From Bacteroidales bacterium (lineage in GTDB: Bacteria > Bacteroidota > Bacteroidia > Bacteroidales > UBA12077), in NCBI GenBank assembly GCA_030637515.1, contig DAOWGM010000095.1, forward strand, positions 8,171 to 72,170: a stretch of 64,000 nucleotides of DNA, in the 5' to 3' direction. The position numbers and the translations under genes are program-made. Below, one piece after another: positions 9,516-19,539 of the stretch (position 1 is the first letter of the stretch; the number at the start of each line of letters is the position of its first letter). The notes beneath the pieces were generated by a model that saw only the letters and a program-made list of their open reading frames with translations, did not search any database and had not been told where the DNA came from.

Positions 9516-10622
9516 TTATATAAAACAGTTTACACAATCGACAGAGTCTTCTTCTAAAATATCGATTAGTTTATTTGATTTTGGCTTATTCAGTTTATTT
9601 TTAATTTTTGCTAAATGCTCTCTTTTAATTTGTTTTACTCGATCTGGTTTAATTATATCTTTTAAACTTTCACTATCCATCCACGTATATCCATCTTTCT
9701 CATACTTCATTGCAAGATAAAATAAATCTCTGTGACGTTCATAAAGCCATATCCATTCTATTTTTCTTTGATAAAAGCAAAAGTAACAACCCGATCTACT
9801 CCTATTATATGTGCCTACCTCTCCATCTATTTCATATTCCACAGGAGTATAATAATCGGGAACCTTTACACCATTTTCTTTAAACAAATTATACACATCA
9901 TCTATAACAACAACGTCCTCATTATTTAATAATGGATAACCATCTATTAAAGCAATAGGTAATTCAGATTCTTTAAAGAAAGCAAATAAGACTTTATTAA
10001 ATACTGATATACTTATATTAAGTAAATCATTCATTTTCTGACTAAATAAATATTTTTTAGACTGTGGCTGTTCTAATATCTCAACTAATCTATCTATGTC
10101 CTGTTTGTCAGCAAACTTTTTATACAAATTAGTGACCTTAGAAATATTTGAATTATGAAGAACTTTATTTGTTACTTCAATACTCCACATTTGTTTTCTG
10201 AAAGGAAATATTGATTGAATATTTGATTTAGTTGAAACATATCCTTCTCGGTCTTCATCCCCACGAATAGCAACATATGATATAACAGGATCATTCCCTA
10301 CCCATTTCTCAAAAGGTTCCAGTTTTAATTTTTTTGTACACCATCTAGCCATAGAAGATGGTAAAAATCCATTGAAAATATCCATATAATGATCAAAAGG
10401 ATTCTTGTGACTAGCATTTTCCAATCTTGCTACTTTCTTACCTAAAAACACCTCTAATTCATTAATTAGGTCGTAAGTTTCATCTAATTCTTTCCCTGTG
10501 TCTGTAAAATAATACTCTAACTCAATTTCAGGATAATGAAGTTTCATATAGATAGCTAATGCTGCACTATCTTTACCTCCTGAAATACCCATTACATGTC
10601 TCACTTTTTTACTCATCATCAA
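9516..10622 (-). CDS. sspD: PAPS-reductase/PP-loop ATP pyrophosphatase family protein, SspD-like
   Basis: PP-loop GISGGKDSAALAI near the N-terminus and a C-terminal Cys cluster (RSGCYFCFYQ, DCVNC). It sits in a gene context with DUF4007 and a large ATPase. Confidence 0.65.
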   Translation of the reverse strand: MMMSKKVRHVMGISGGKDSAALAIYMKLHYPEIELEYYFTDTGKELDETYDLINELEVFLGKKVARLENASHKNPFDHYMDIFNGFLPSSMARWCTKKLKLEPFEKWVGNDPVISYVAIRGDEDREGYVSTKSNIQSIFPFRKQMWSIEVTNKVLHNSNISKVTNLYKKFADKQDIDRLVEILEQPQSKKYLFSQKMNDLLNISISVFNKVLFAFFKESELPIALIDGYPLLNNEDVVVIDDVYNLFKENGVKVPDYYTPVEYEIDGEVGTYNRSRSGCYFCFYQRKIEWIWLYERHRDLFYLAMKYEKDGYTWMDSESLKDIIKPDRVKQIKREHLAKIKNKLNKPKSNKLIDILEEDSVDCVNCFI

Positions 10623-13600
10623 TCTGATCTTGCAATAATTTTGTTAATAGGTAAATATTTATTTTCTTATCTTCTTTTAGTAATTCTTTAATTTGAATTT
10701 CTAAGGTAACAATTTCTTTTGTTTTATTTTTAGGTAATCGAATTAACTTTTCCTGAACTCCTTTTACAAAAGTTGTAATTTCTAATTTTAAATATTCTTC
10801 CTTGTTTTGATCAATATCTTTTTGTTTACTTATATCTGTTAAATTATCCAATTCATGAATAATAGCCTTTAAACGATCTAATAAGATTTTTTCTTCTGTA
10901 TCATTAATTGTTTCTAAAGATTTATTCATTAAAGCCATGCCTAATGAATTAATCCAAGACTTACGATCATCAAGAGAAGTTGAAATTCTTTGATAGAATA
11001 CTTTTTGTTTTGTATTTAACGAATGAATTTTTAGTTTTTTATATCTTTTTTGTAATAACAGTTTATTATCTGGGAAATTTAAATCTTGTCCTAGGATTTC
11101 TCTATTTAAGTATTCTTCAATCCTATTAATTAAATTATCGAATGTAGAGCTTAACTCTCTTACAGCGTTCTTAAGCGAGATTGTAAACTCCTCTAAAACA
11201 TTATTGTCTTTATCAAAATCGTTAATACTATAACCCAGAGCTCTTGGGATTTCATCAAAGAACATTTTTTTCGGATCGGTTGAATCAATGATGGCTTCTC
11301 TTAAATTTTTTGCCTCTTTTGAAATATTTTCTGTGTTTTTAGTATATTGAACTAAACCTCTATAAAAAGTCAAGAACGGTTTTACAGTTTCAATAAAACT
11401 CTCGGTTGTTGGCTTTTCTTCTTCAATTTGATTTAAAAAGTACCTGTAATTATTAAAAATCTTGAGTTTTTCTTTTGTAAGGTAGAAACTTTGAATTCTA
11501 TATTTTTGGGGTTGTCTTAATGCAACGTCAAGTGTTTCTTCATTTAAATATGGAATAAAGTCAGTTCCTTCATAAATTGCAAATTCGTTTCTTTTTGCAA
11601 TTAAATAAATTTGAATCCAAAATTCAATAAATCCATCTTTTAATCTTAAGGGCTTATTCTTTAATCGTTCTATTAATTCAATTAAAGACCTTTTATCATC
11701 ATTACAATCTTTTAAAAATTGATCGCATTCATTCCATAAATATTTAAAAGAATCATCTATTGGCTCGCTTAAAACGAATTTCCCTTTTTTATTCTTATGA
11801 ATTCCTGTGTTTTTCAATAATGCTAGATATATTGTTTTTTCAGGGGGATAAGTATTTGAATCAAAACCAAGATCCTTTTTGCTCTCATTTTCGAGAAGTT
11901 GTTTAATTAACTTCTTCCTAGCGGTTGAAATAGCGGCAGAAACTTTCGTTTTATTTACCATTTCGTTTCTAAAAATAGGAGTTCCACTATATATATCTTC
12001 ACAAATATTAGATAAAAACTTATTCATTGCTTTTTGCGAACCTATCTTAATAACCGATCCATTATAATACCAGCTGATATAATTTGAATTATATAATTCG
12101 TTAATAAAAACACTATTTAATTCATCAACATGATGTTTAAACATGTCTGCTAATTCACGTTGAACAATCTTATCATCAGGATATTTTTCCTTTACAAATC
12201 GAATTTTTTCAATCTCCCAAATTAATGATTGTAGCTTTTTTGTCTCGTGGAAATAACCAAATAAAATAGCATTTTTACATTTAGATGAAATTTTCTTGAT
12301 TTCATCTTCATCAATATTCGAATTGAGTATTATATTAATAACACCATCACTAATTCCTTCAATATCCTCAATTTGAATAGCTTGTTCTGTAAGTTCGAAT
12401 GTAAAATACCGTGGTGTCCCTAATTTGTAATATGCAGCTTTGGCAAGTACAATTGGAAAAGTAAAATACTTTTGCAGATAATTAATTACAACTGTATCAC
12501 GTTTAGTTTCTTTCTCTGCATCAATTAATTCTGCATCAATTTTAACATCAGTACCTTCAAATAAAATATATCTTTCATTATATGCTCTATATCTTATAAT
12601 ACTCTTTTTACTAAGATCATCTATTATCTTTTCAGGCTTACTAATTCCTAACGCATATTTTGAATAAGTTGTTAGAAATTCGTAATTAATTTTTACACCA
12701 GCTTTATGAAAGATATTTAATAATCCTATCGTTTTAATTATTTTCAAATAATTCTCTATATCTTCTGTAAATTCAGTTTCAGCTCTTTCAATTGCTATTT
12801 TTATACTACTCCATTGTGTAAATTCAGAATTGTATTGAGAGTTTAGATAATTGTAATAATTATGAATTAAATAGTCATATACACATGATGCATTAAAATA
12901 TGGATTCTTTTTGTCGAAATCTCTTAATCCCAAATAATCATGGCTTTCAATAAAAGTAAATAAAGACCTTTCATTTTGTCCATATTTCTGCAATGCTTGA
13001 GTAAGTATGGCTGCGGCAAGGATATCAAAAGGATAAAGGTTTTGAGCATTTTCGTAAGAAAAGTAATCTTTCAATGGAAATGCACCCGAAGATTCAATTG
13101 CATTATACAATTCCTTTTGTTCTTTAGGGCTAATAGTATTGTTAAAATCTTCTTGACCTAACCTTTCAGATGAAAGATAAAGTAACTGCTCAACAGGTTC
13201 ATTAAAATTTATTTCAATTAATCTGCCCTTTACCTTATCCCATTCATTCCTTTGGGTTTTGCTTAATCCAAAGGCATATGTACTGAACGATTGGTGCAAA
13301 GATGTAATTAGAATTATATTCTTGTCTTTATCATTTACATATTCAGCCAGTTGTTGTATAAAATACATCTCTTCATCAGGCGAGTTCTTAGCAGCATATT
13401 CCAAAAATTTCCCAAATTCATCGATTACTATTACCCAAGCTGTATTAGATTTTTTAAGCTTAGAATAATAGTTGTCAAGTTTTTTCCATAAATCATCTGA
13501 TTTACTTGCAGTATTATTAATTTCATCAGAAATCGTTTCTCGCAATGATGCGTATTCACCGACAATATTTGTAAAATCAAAATTTTTAATATTTGAGAAT

Positions 13601-13839
13601 ATACCATTCTCATTTATAAAATAATCAGCATTCCCGTACATTACCTTTTGCAATGCTAAAATAAATGCAGATTTACCTGTACCATAAGAACCAATTAAAG
13701 TAAATGACCTAGTCCCTTGACTAAATCCATTTACTATTTTGTTAAATGCTTCTTGACCATTGTTAGTGGGGATGTAATCTAATTCAGTTCCTTTATCTCT
13801 AACAATATTTACAGATGGAGAAAAATGTTTAATTTGCAT
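10609..13839 (-). CDS. sspC: Large P-loop ATPase, SspC-like
   Basis: Walker A is IGSYGTGKSAF and Walker B-like is AWVIVIDEFGKF, followed by a long helical C-terminal region. It overlaps both neighbours (11 nt and 14 nt). Confidence 0.55.
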   Translation of the reverse strand: MQIKHFSPSVNIVRDKGTELDYIPTNNGQEAFNKIVNGFSQGTRSFTLIGSYGTGKSAFILALQKVMYGNADYFINENGIFSNIKNFDFTNIVGEYASLRETISDEINNTASKSDDLWKKLDNYYSKLKKSNTAWVIVIDEFGKFLEYAAKNSPDEEMYFIQQLAEYVNDKDKNIILITSLHQSFSTYAFGLSKTQRNEWDKVKGRLIEINFNEPVEQLLYLSSERLGQEDFNNTISPKEQKELYNAIESSGAFPLKDYFSYENAQNLYPFDILAAAILTQALQKYGQNERSLFTFIESHDYLGLRDFDKKNPYFNASCVYDYLIHNYYNYLNSQYNSEFTQWSSIKIAIERAETEFTEDIENYLKIIKTIGLLNIFHKAGVKINYEFLTTYSKYALGISKPEKIIDDLSKKSIIRYRAYNERYILFEGTDVKIDAELIDAEKETKRDTVVINYLQKYFTFPIVLAKAAYYKLGTPRYFTFELTEQAIQIEDIEGISDGVINIILNSNIDEDEIKKISSKCKNAILFGYFHETKKLQSLIWEIEKIRFVKEKYPDDKIVQRELADMFKHHVDELNSVFINELYNSNYISWYYNGSVIKIGSQKAMNKFLSNICEDIYSGTPIFRNEMVNKTKVSAAISTARKKLIKQLLENESKKDLGFDSNTYPPEKTIYLALLKNTGIHKNKKGKFVLSEPIDDSFKYLWNECDQFLKDCNDDKRSLIELIERLKNKPLRLKDGFIEFWIQIYLIAKRNEFAIYEGTDFIPYLNEETLDVALRQPQKYRIQSFYLTKEKLKIFNNYRYFLNQIEEEKPTTESFIETVKPFLTFYRGLVQYTKNTENISKEAKNLREAIIDSTDPKKMFFDEIPRALGYSINDFDKDNNVLEEFTISLKNAVRELSSTFDNLINRIEEYLNREILGQDLNFPDNKLLLQKRYKKLKIHSLNTKQKVFYQRISTSLDDRKSWINSLGMALMNKSLETINDTEEKILLDRLKAIIHELDNLTDISKQKDIDQNKEEYLKLEITTFVKGVQEKLIRLPKNKTKEIVTLEIQIKELLKEDKKINIYLLTKLLQDQIDDE

Positions 13840-14719
13840 AATAATCTCTTAAAACGTCCCACTTATCAATTTTACTCTTAAAACTAAGTATATTCTTACC
13901 AGCATCTTCTTTATACACAATACCGTCATATAATTGTTCTATTTCCAATATTTTATTATGTAATCCATTTGGATTAAGCGCAAAAACTAATTCTGGGGAA
14001 TCAACACCCTTTTCTAAATCATTTAATATAATACTAGTCGATTTAGGATTTTGGTCAAGAATAGTAAATAGAACTATATGTGCTGGTAAATCATTTCTCG
14101 ATGAACTTTCAATACTATAATATTCTTTAGTTTTTTTATCTTGATTTTTAACAATGGATTTGTCTAGTAATTTAAGTTCTTTAAATAATCCAGACATTTC
14201 TTCTTCAAATTCACCCTTAGAAATCTTATAATCAGGCTTTATATAATTACGTATTAAAACACTAATATCTCTACTGATAGTGTTCTCATTATATAAATTC
14301 TTATTTACTTGTAAACATTTTCTTTTAAGGAAGTTATCCAGTTGTTCAAGAGTAAATTCTGTTCTCTCTTTCCGAAACTCATTAAAGAATAATGAATAAA
14401 TAGAAGCGTATTTACTTTTTATCAATTGATAATGTAATAACCAGATTGTTCCAATATCTTCAATATATTGGTCATATCCAGTTTCCCTGTTAAAGAGTTC
14501 TCCACCTAAACGACTAGGAACATTGTTTTTTTCAACCAATCCAAGTGCTTTTAACCAAAAAGAAATAGATGTAACCATGTTTTTACCTACACCAAGTTCA
14601 ATTACAGCTTCTTCTTTACTAAACTCATTCCCATTAGCAATAAAATCATATCCCTTTTTCGACCAGAACGTACGACAAATAAACGACTCATGTCCTGAAA
14701 ACTTCAAACTATGTTCCAT
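13829..14719 (-). CDS. sspB: DUF4007-family protein, SspB-like
   Basis: The N-terminus KFSGHESFICRTFWSKKGYDF...GKNMVTSISFWLKALGL matches my recollection of the DUF4007 signature (F.GHE.F..R..W..K). It is the first gene of the coupled operon. Confidence 0.55.
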   Translation of the reverse strand: MEHSLKFSGHESFICRTFWSKKGYDFIANGNEFSKEEAVIELGVGKNMVTSISFWLKALGLVEKNNVPSRLGGELFNRETGYDQYIEDIGTIWLLHYQLIKSKYASIYSLFFNEFRKERTEFTLEQLDNFLKRKCLQVNKNLYNENTISRDISVLIRNYIKPDYKISKGEFEEEMSGLFKELKLLDKSIVKNQDKKTKEYYSIESSSRNDLPAHIVLFTILDQNPKSTSIILNDLEKGVDSPELVFALNPNGLHNKILEIEQLYDGIVYKEDAGKNILSFKSKIDKWDVLRDYYAN

Positions 14720-15295
14720 AAAACAAAAGTATAATTAATCTAAAATGTATACTAATAATCTAACATTAAATAATTAACTATAATTAAATGGATTGTTAAT
14801 AAGCCAAATTATATTATAAAATAAAAAAGTTATATTATAATATAAACTTTGCTTATAACTAAATAAGTTTATTTCCAAATATAATTCTGCAAAATTATTC
14901 AATGTAAAACAGTCTTAGATTTTTTGATTTTAATTGGAATTTCAATAAAATTTAATACAAATATGAAAATGTTAAGTGAGCATTATTGAATATTAAATTA
15001 TTGTTTTATAGTAAAATTACAGCGACCCCAAGTCGGATATTTATTTGTATTCATTTATTAACTATTATCAATATATAAACTCTAATAAAATGTAGTTAAA
15101 AAATATTCTCTTTCCTTACTATAGATTTCCTATGAAACAATAAGGTTTTCCAATATAAAATACGTACATATTATAACTTTTAAGTATTTAGTAAATAAAA
15201 CCCATACATCAATAACTTTTCATTCAAAATAGAAGGTATTTGTATATAAATAATGAATAAATGCTATTATAGGAATATAATACATTTATTAAAAT

Positions 15296-15343
15296 AGAAT
15301 TTCATGAAATTCTTTATTAAAGCATAGCTATTTGCTATGCTTT
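15296..15343. repeat. Two adjacent perfect palindromes in a gene-free AT-rich region
   Basis: There is an 18-nt perfect palindrome agaatttcatgaaattct (15296-15313). There is also a hairpin aaagcatagc-tattt-gctatgcttt (15319-15343). Confidence 0.6.
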
Positions 15344-15996
15344 ATTATTCTTTCTTAAATTTAATCGCCAGGTCCTTTTTTTACCTAATCCAACAATTAT
15401 TGCATCAAACTCCTTTATCTCTTTCTTGTATTTATATGCTTCATCTAATACTGTATTAGCAATCTTGCTTTTATTACTAATAAAACAACTATAAAGAGAT
15501 TAACTAATACTTCAATCCTTAAAATACTATGATTTTTATATGTTTTCATATAGAAGTTAATAATGAAAAATGAGTGTAAAACCTAACTTTTTGAATCTCT
15601 GGTCCTGGTAATCCATAGACGCAAACTAAAACAGTCCATGTCGTATAATGGATGATACACTTATTTCACTAACAGTCATTTGAAATTTACCATATTTCAG
15701 GTACGAGAATAAGCTTACACCTTATAAAATCTTATCTAAAACAAATAGTATAATTTATATTCCTTAATCAAATAAAAACTTACATTTAAATATAAGTGAA
15801 TTCAATTTGGAGATAATTGTAGAAGTTAAAATATCCATACAAACACTTCTTTTAATCTTACATTATAAGATAAAAATTTTAAAATAAACAATTCTACACC
15901 CCTGTTAACTGCAACTTGATCATTCAGATTATAGAGCACAGCAGAATAAAAACTAATTAAAAAAGTTCAGTGATCAATTAAGCAATTTTTATCCAT

Positions 15997-17142
15997 TTAA
16001 TACATCGAAGTTCCAAGTTGGAACATTGGCATGTACATGGCAATAAGGATAACTCCAACAAGCAAACCAACAAAAATAATCATGATGGGTTCAAGCACAC
16101 TGCTTAGCATTCCAATTCGGTGCTCCAATTCTGTGGAATATTGATCGTTTAAATTGTTAAATACTGTATCGAGCTGATTAATTTCTTCTGCTACTTTTGT
16201 AAGTGAAACTGTTCGTTTGTCAAATATAGGAAATTGCTCCATGCTCTTATGCAATGGTTTCCCATGCAGAACATCCTTTTCGATAGTTGTAAGTGCTTCC
16301 TGATACGGATAGAATGTAATCATATTTTTCACAAGCTGAATTGCCCTTAACATAGGCGTTTTTGAACTAATAAGCAATGCCATAGATTGGCAAAAGCGTG
16401 CCAGATATATTTTCTGAACCAAAACTCCTGCTACAGGAATTCGTAATAATAGTTTGGATGAAAAATTCCGATACCAGTTCTTCTTACGAACCAGAAATAA
16501 AACAATTGTTATGGTTATAATTATTAGGAATACCAATCCCAGGTATTCTGAAAAAACATTCGACAGCTTTACAACAGCCTTTGTAAGTGCCGGCAAATCG
16601 CCCTTGAATCTTTTAAATACATCGACAAACATAGGTACAATAAAGTTCATCATAAAAATTACTGCACCTATTGCTGTTACCAATACCAACAAAGGATAGG
16701 TTAATGCACTTGAGAATTGTTTTTTTTGCTTAATCTTTTTAGAGAAAAATATGGTAAGGTCTTTTAAAACATTGTTTAGTTTTCCGCTTTCTTCACCAAT
16801 TTTAATACTAAAATATTCGTATGGAGTAAACATCCCTGATTGTTCCATTGCATCTGAAAGACTTACACCTTCTAAAATATGATTCATCAGGTTTTCAAAA
16901 ATCTCTTTCTCTTTCTTTTTAGTTTGCTCGGCAACTACAATATCCATTGCTGTGCGCACATCTGTTCCAGATGATAACAGGATACTTAATTCGGAATAAA
17001 ACTGCTCCTTTTTCTGGTCTTTTAAGCCTTTCTTGCCAAAAGATATATCCTTATTCAGAAATTCGAAGACTTGCTTTAAATCGCTGCCTTTTGATTGCTG
17101 CGAAGCATTCTTCTTTTTTATATCTTTTAAATCGAGGCTCAT
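15997..17142 (-). CDS. Type II secretion / type IV pilus platform protein (GspF/PilC family)
   Basis: 381 aa with two repeated T2SS-F-type halves, each a soluble helical segment followed by TM helices. It ends in the typical ...AMYMPMFQLGTSM. Confidence 0.85.
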   Translation of the reverse strand: MSLDLKDIKKKNASQQSKGSDLKQVFEFLNKDISFGKKGLKDQKKEQFYSELSILLSSGTDVRTAMDIVVAEQTKKKEKEIFENLMNHILEGVSLSDAMEQSGMFTPYEYFSIKIGEESGKLNNVLKDLTIFFSKKIKQKKQFSSALTYPLLVLVTAIGAVIFMMNFIVPMFVDVFKRFKGDLPALTKAVVKLSNVFSEYLGLVFLIIITITIVLFLVRKKNWYRNFSSKLLLRIPVAGVLVQKIYLARFCQSMALLISSKTPMLRAIQLVKNMITFYPYQEALTTIEKDVLHGKPLHKSMEQFPIFDKRTVSLTKVAEEINQLDTVFNNLNDQYSTELEHRIGMLSSVLEPIMIIFVGLLVGVILIAMYMPMFQLGTSMY

Positions 17143-17621
17143 TATTTAAAAACCTGTTTGTTAATGTTGCTTTCGTTTTGGTAATCTTTATAAAATGCAA
17201 ACGGAAGTATTTCCTTATGATACTTTACATTAAATGATAAATGTGTAAGCATTCCGGTATTACCGTTTTGCAATTTATATTCCAAATTGGAATATTCCAG
17301 TGCAAAGGTATCGGTTTTTTCCTGATATTTTCTAAGAATTCCAACATCACTAAATTCGTAAATACATTCACTTGTTTTGTTTTTAAAACGTAATTCGTAA
17401 ATGGAATATTCAATATTATCATATCGTTCAAAATCGGTGTTTAAAACCGATCTGAGCTGAATTAATTCTGCATTGGTATCGTAATCTTTTAATATTCGCT
17501 GGTTGGTTTGTGTAAGCTGAAAATACAGATTTAAAGCCATAACAATAATAATACTTGTAATGGCAAGAGCCACAAGTATTTCAACAAAAGTATATGCGCT
17601 TATCTTTCTCATGTATTTCAA
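17142..17621 (-). CDS. Pseudopilin/minor pilin with prepilin-type N-terminal motif
   Basis: KISA/YTFVEILVALAITSIIIV is a class III signal peptide-like motif with Glu at +5, followed by a hydrophobic helix. Confidence 0.65.
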   Translation of the reverse strand: MKYMRKISAYTFVEILVALAITSIIIVMALNLYFQLTQTNQRILKDYDTNAELIQLRSVLNTDFERYDNIEYSIYELRFKNKTSECIYEFSDVGILRKYQEKTDTFALEYSNLEYKLQNGNTGMLTHLSFNVKYHKEILPFAFYKDYQNESNINKQVFK

Positions 17622-17695
17622 TTGGCCTTCTCGTTATGATTTTTTGTTTTACCCCAACCCAATTGGGAACCAAAAAATCAAAACTATATTATTTT

Positions 17696-18064
17696 CTACT
17701 TACTTTTCTCAATAATAATGAGCTCGTTTTGCTCAAATAATTTTTGGTTACGTGAATTATACGCACTGTAATTTATCTGAAACAATTCATCGTATTTTTC
17801 ATATTCAGAAACGATACGTTTAACCGTAATATTACCAAATGTAAAATCCTGATCGTAATATTCTTTTTCCGAAACAGTTTGTACCATAACATTGCTCGTT
17901 GCAAAGTAAGCTTTTGTTCTTAGACTGTTATTGCTGTTCTTACTAATATTCAGAATGATTAAAAAAGCCATTGAAAAAGTAATGGTAATTATAAGCATAG
18001 CAACAATGGTTTCAACCAAAGTTGATGCTTGTATTTTATGACTTAGCCTTAGTTTAAACTGCAT
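17696..18064 (-). CDS. Pseudopilin/minor pilin-like protein
   Basis: KIQA/STLVETIVAMLIITITF is a prepilin-like N-terminus with Glu at +5. Confidence 0.55.
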   Translation of the reverse strand: MQFKLRLSHKIQASTLVETIVAMLIITITFSMAFLIILNISKNSNNSLRTKAYFATSNVMVQTVSEKEYYDQDFTFGNITVKRIVSEYEKYDELFQINYSAYNSRNQKLFEQNELIIIEKSK

Positions 18065-18106
18065 CTAATAATAGAATTAAAGAATCAAAATTACTCTAAT
18101 TTAAAG

Positions 18107-18117
18107 AAAAAAAAAAA
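18107..18117. repeat. A11 homopolymer (T11 on the coding strand of the pseudopilin operon)
   Basis: A run of 11 A at 18107-18117, about 43 nt upstream of the pseudopilin start codon (18064). Confidence 0.9.
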
Positions 18118-18129
18118 CCGATAGAATTG

Positions 18130-18156
18130 GTCATGCTGAGCTTGTCGAAGTATGAC
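18130..18156 (+). repeat. REP-like palindromic element (GTCATGCTGAG...TCGAAGTATGAC type)
   Basis: The sequence is gtcatgctgagcttgtcgaagtatgac. Related copies lie at 19540-19565, 19590-19614, 29728-29751, 29787-29833 and 37417-37467. Confidence 0.7.
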
Positions 18157-19539
18157 AATGCATGTAATTTTCAATATTTCTTTTTAATGATAAAGCTATC
18201 ATTTACAAAAGGATTTTTATCTTCGCAACTTTTTAATTTAATATAAAAATTGTGAAACGTACTTATCATCCTTATATTCCTATTCTTTATAATTTAGGAG
18301 TTCTCGAAAAAGGTTTTGTACAGGAAATATCTTCGAGCACTTTATACGAATGGAAAATCAAAGACTTTGATTCTCTCTATGGAATCGATCAGGTTACGAA
18401 GCATGTTCCTCAATTTGATTTGTTAAATGACTACATTACAAAAAAGAGTTTATCCAAAATAATAAATGCTACTTACAGAATTTATCATGTATATTCTAAA
18501 ATCTATTCTGAAATTAGATTTAAACGAACTAGTATTGAAAAATACCAGAAACAGATTGTTTGTACCATTGAAAATATTAAAGGAACAATTGGTTTTGATA
18601 AGGCTCTTAAAGCATTTCATATTACTTACCAACAATTTTACAGGTGGAAAAATAAAGTAAACTGTAGTCTGAACGAAAAATTTCTTTGCCGAAAAAGGCA
18701 TCCATTACAACTTTCAGTAAAAGAACTGAGAATAGTTAAATCTTATTTATTTAATCCTGAATATACATTCTGGCCAATAGCATCGATATATTATATGATG
18801 TTACGTAACAAACATGCCTTTATGAGTTTGACAACCTTTTATAAGTACGCCAGATTATTTAGTTTTAAACGACAAAAGCCTGATTGTAGAAATAAAAAAT
18901 ACTCTACAGGTATACGAGCAAGTAAACCTTTTGAAATTTTACATGCTGATGTCACAATTTTTAAACCCTTAGATAATACTAAAGTTTATATTTACTTTAT
19001 TGTTGATAATTTCTCAAGAAACATACTTGGATGGAAAGCTTCTTTAAAGCTAAGTGCCAAAACCTCATTCGAAAACTTACAGGAAGTTTACAATAAATAT
19101 AATATAAAAAGCAAAACTGGCGCAGTTCTAATGACCGATGATGGTAGTGAAAATAAAGCCGAAGTGGATGAGTATATTCAAAGCATTCATATGAAAAGAT
19201 TAATTGCTCAAAAAGATATTATTTATTCGAACAGTATGGTTGAATCTGCTTTTTACAGATTAAAATATCAATTTCTATTCACAAAAAATCTATCTGACTT
19301 TCCTGAAACATACAAGTATCTTGAAATTGCAATTCCTGAATACAAAAACAGACCACTTTCTGCTTTATTTGGGTTAACTCCCAACGAAGTTTGTGAAGGT
19401 GCAATTCCTGATATGAATGGTTTTAAACCACAAAAACAATATTCTAAAACCATTCGGATTATAGAAAACCAGCAATGTAAAGAATGTGAATAAACACATT
19501 CAAATTGAATTCCTTCCTATTCCCATAAGTTAAAAATTT
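18157..19539 (+). mobile_element. IS element (boundaries approximate)
   Basis: A single DDE transposase gene of opposite orientation interrupts an otherwise co-directional locus. I could not define clear terminal inverted repeats. The coordinates are simply the interval between flanking REP-like copies. Confidence 0.4.
18252..19493 (+). CDS. DDE transposase with integrase-core (rve) domain, IS3/IS481 superfamily
   Basis: LHADVTIFK (D), DNFSRNILGWK, MTDDGSEN (D) and NSMVESAFYRLK (E) fit the rve DDE triad order. It has a GTG start and an N-terminal HTH-like region. Confidence 0.8.
   Translation: MKRTYHPYIPILYNLGVLEKGFVQEISSSTLYEWKIKDFDSLYGIDQVTKHVPQFDLLNDYITKKSLSKIINATYRIYHVYSKIYSEIRFKRTSIEKYQKQIVCTIENIKGTIGFDKALKAFHITYQQFYRWKNKVNCSLNEKFLCRKRHPLQLSVKELRIVKSYLFNPEYTFWPIASIYYMMLRNKHAFMSLTTFYKYARLFSFKRQKPDCRNKKYSTGIRASKPFEILHADVTIFKPLDNTKVYIYFIVDNFSRNILGWKASLKLSAKTSFENLQEVYNKYNIKSKTGAVLMTDDGSENKAEVDEYIQSIHMKRLIAQKDIIYSNSMVESAFYRLKYQFLFTKNLSDFPETYKYLEIAIPEYKNRPLSALFGLTPNEVCEGAIPDMNGFKPQKQYSKTIRIIENQQCKECE

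Noticed and set aside
15351-15490. Minus-strand reading frame (...SKIANTVLDEAYKYKKEIKEFDAIIVGLGKK...) as a pseudogene remnant
   Set aside because: It is only about 47 codons long with no start codon and no motif I can assign to a family. It is mentioned in a finding but not called as a feature.
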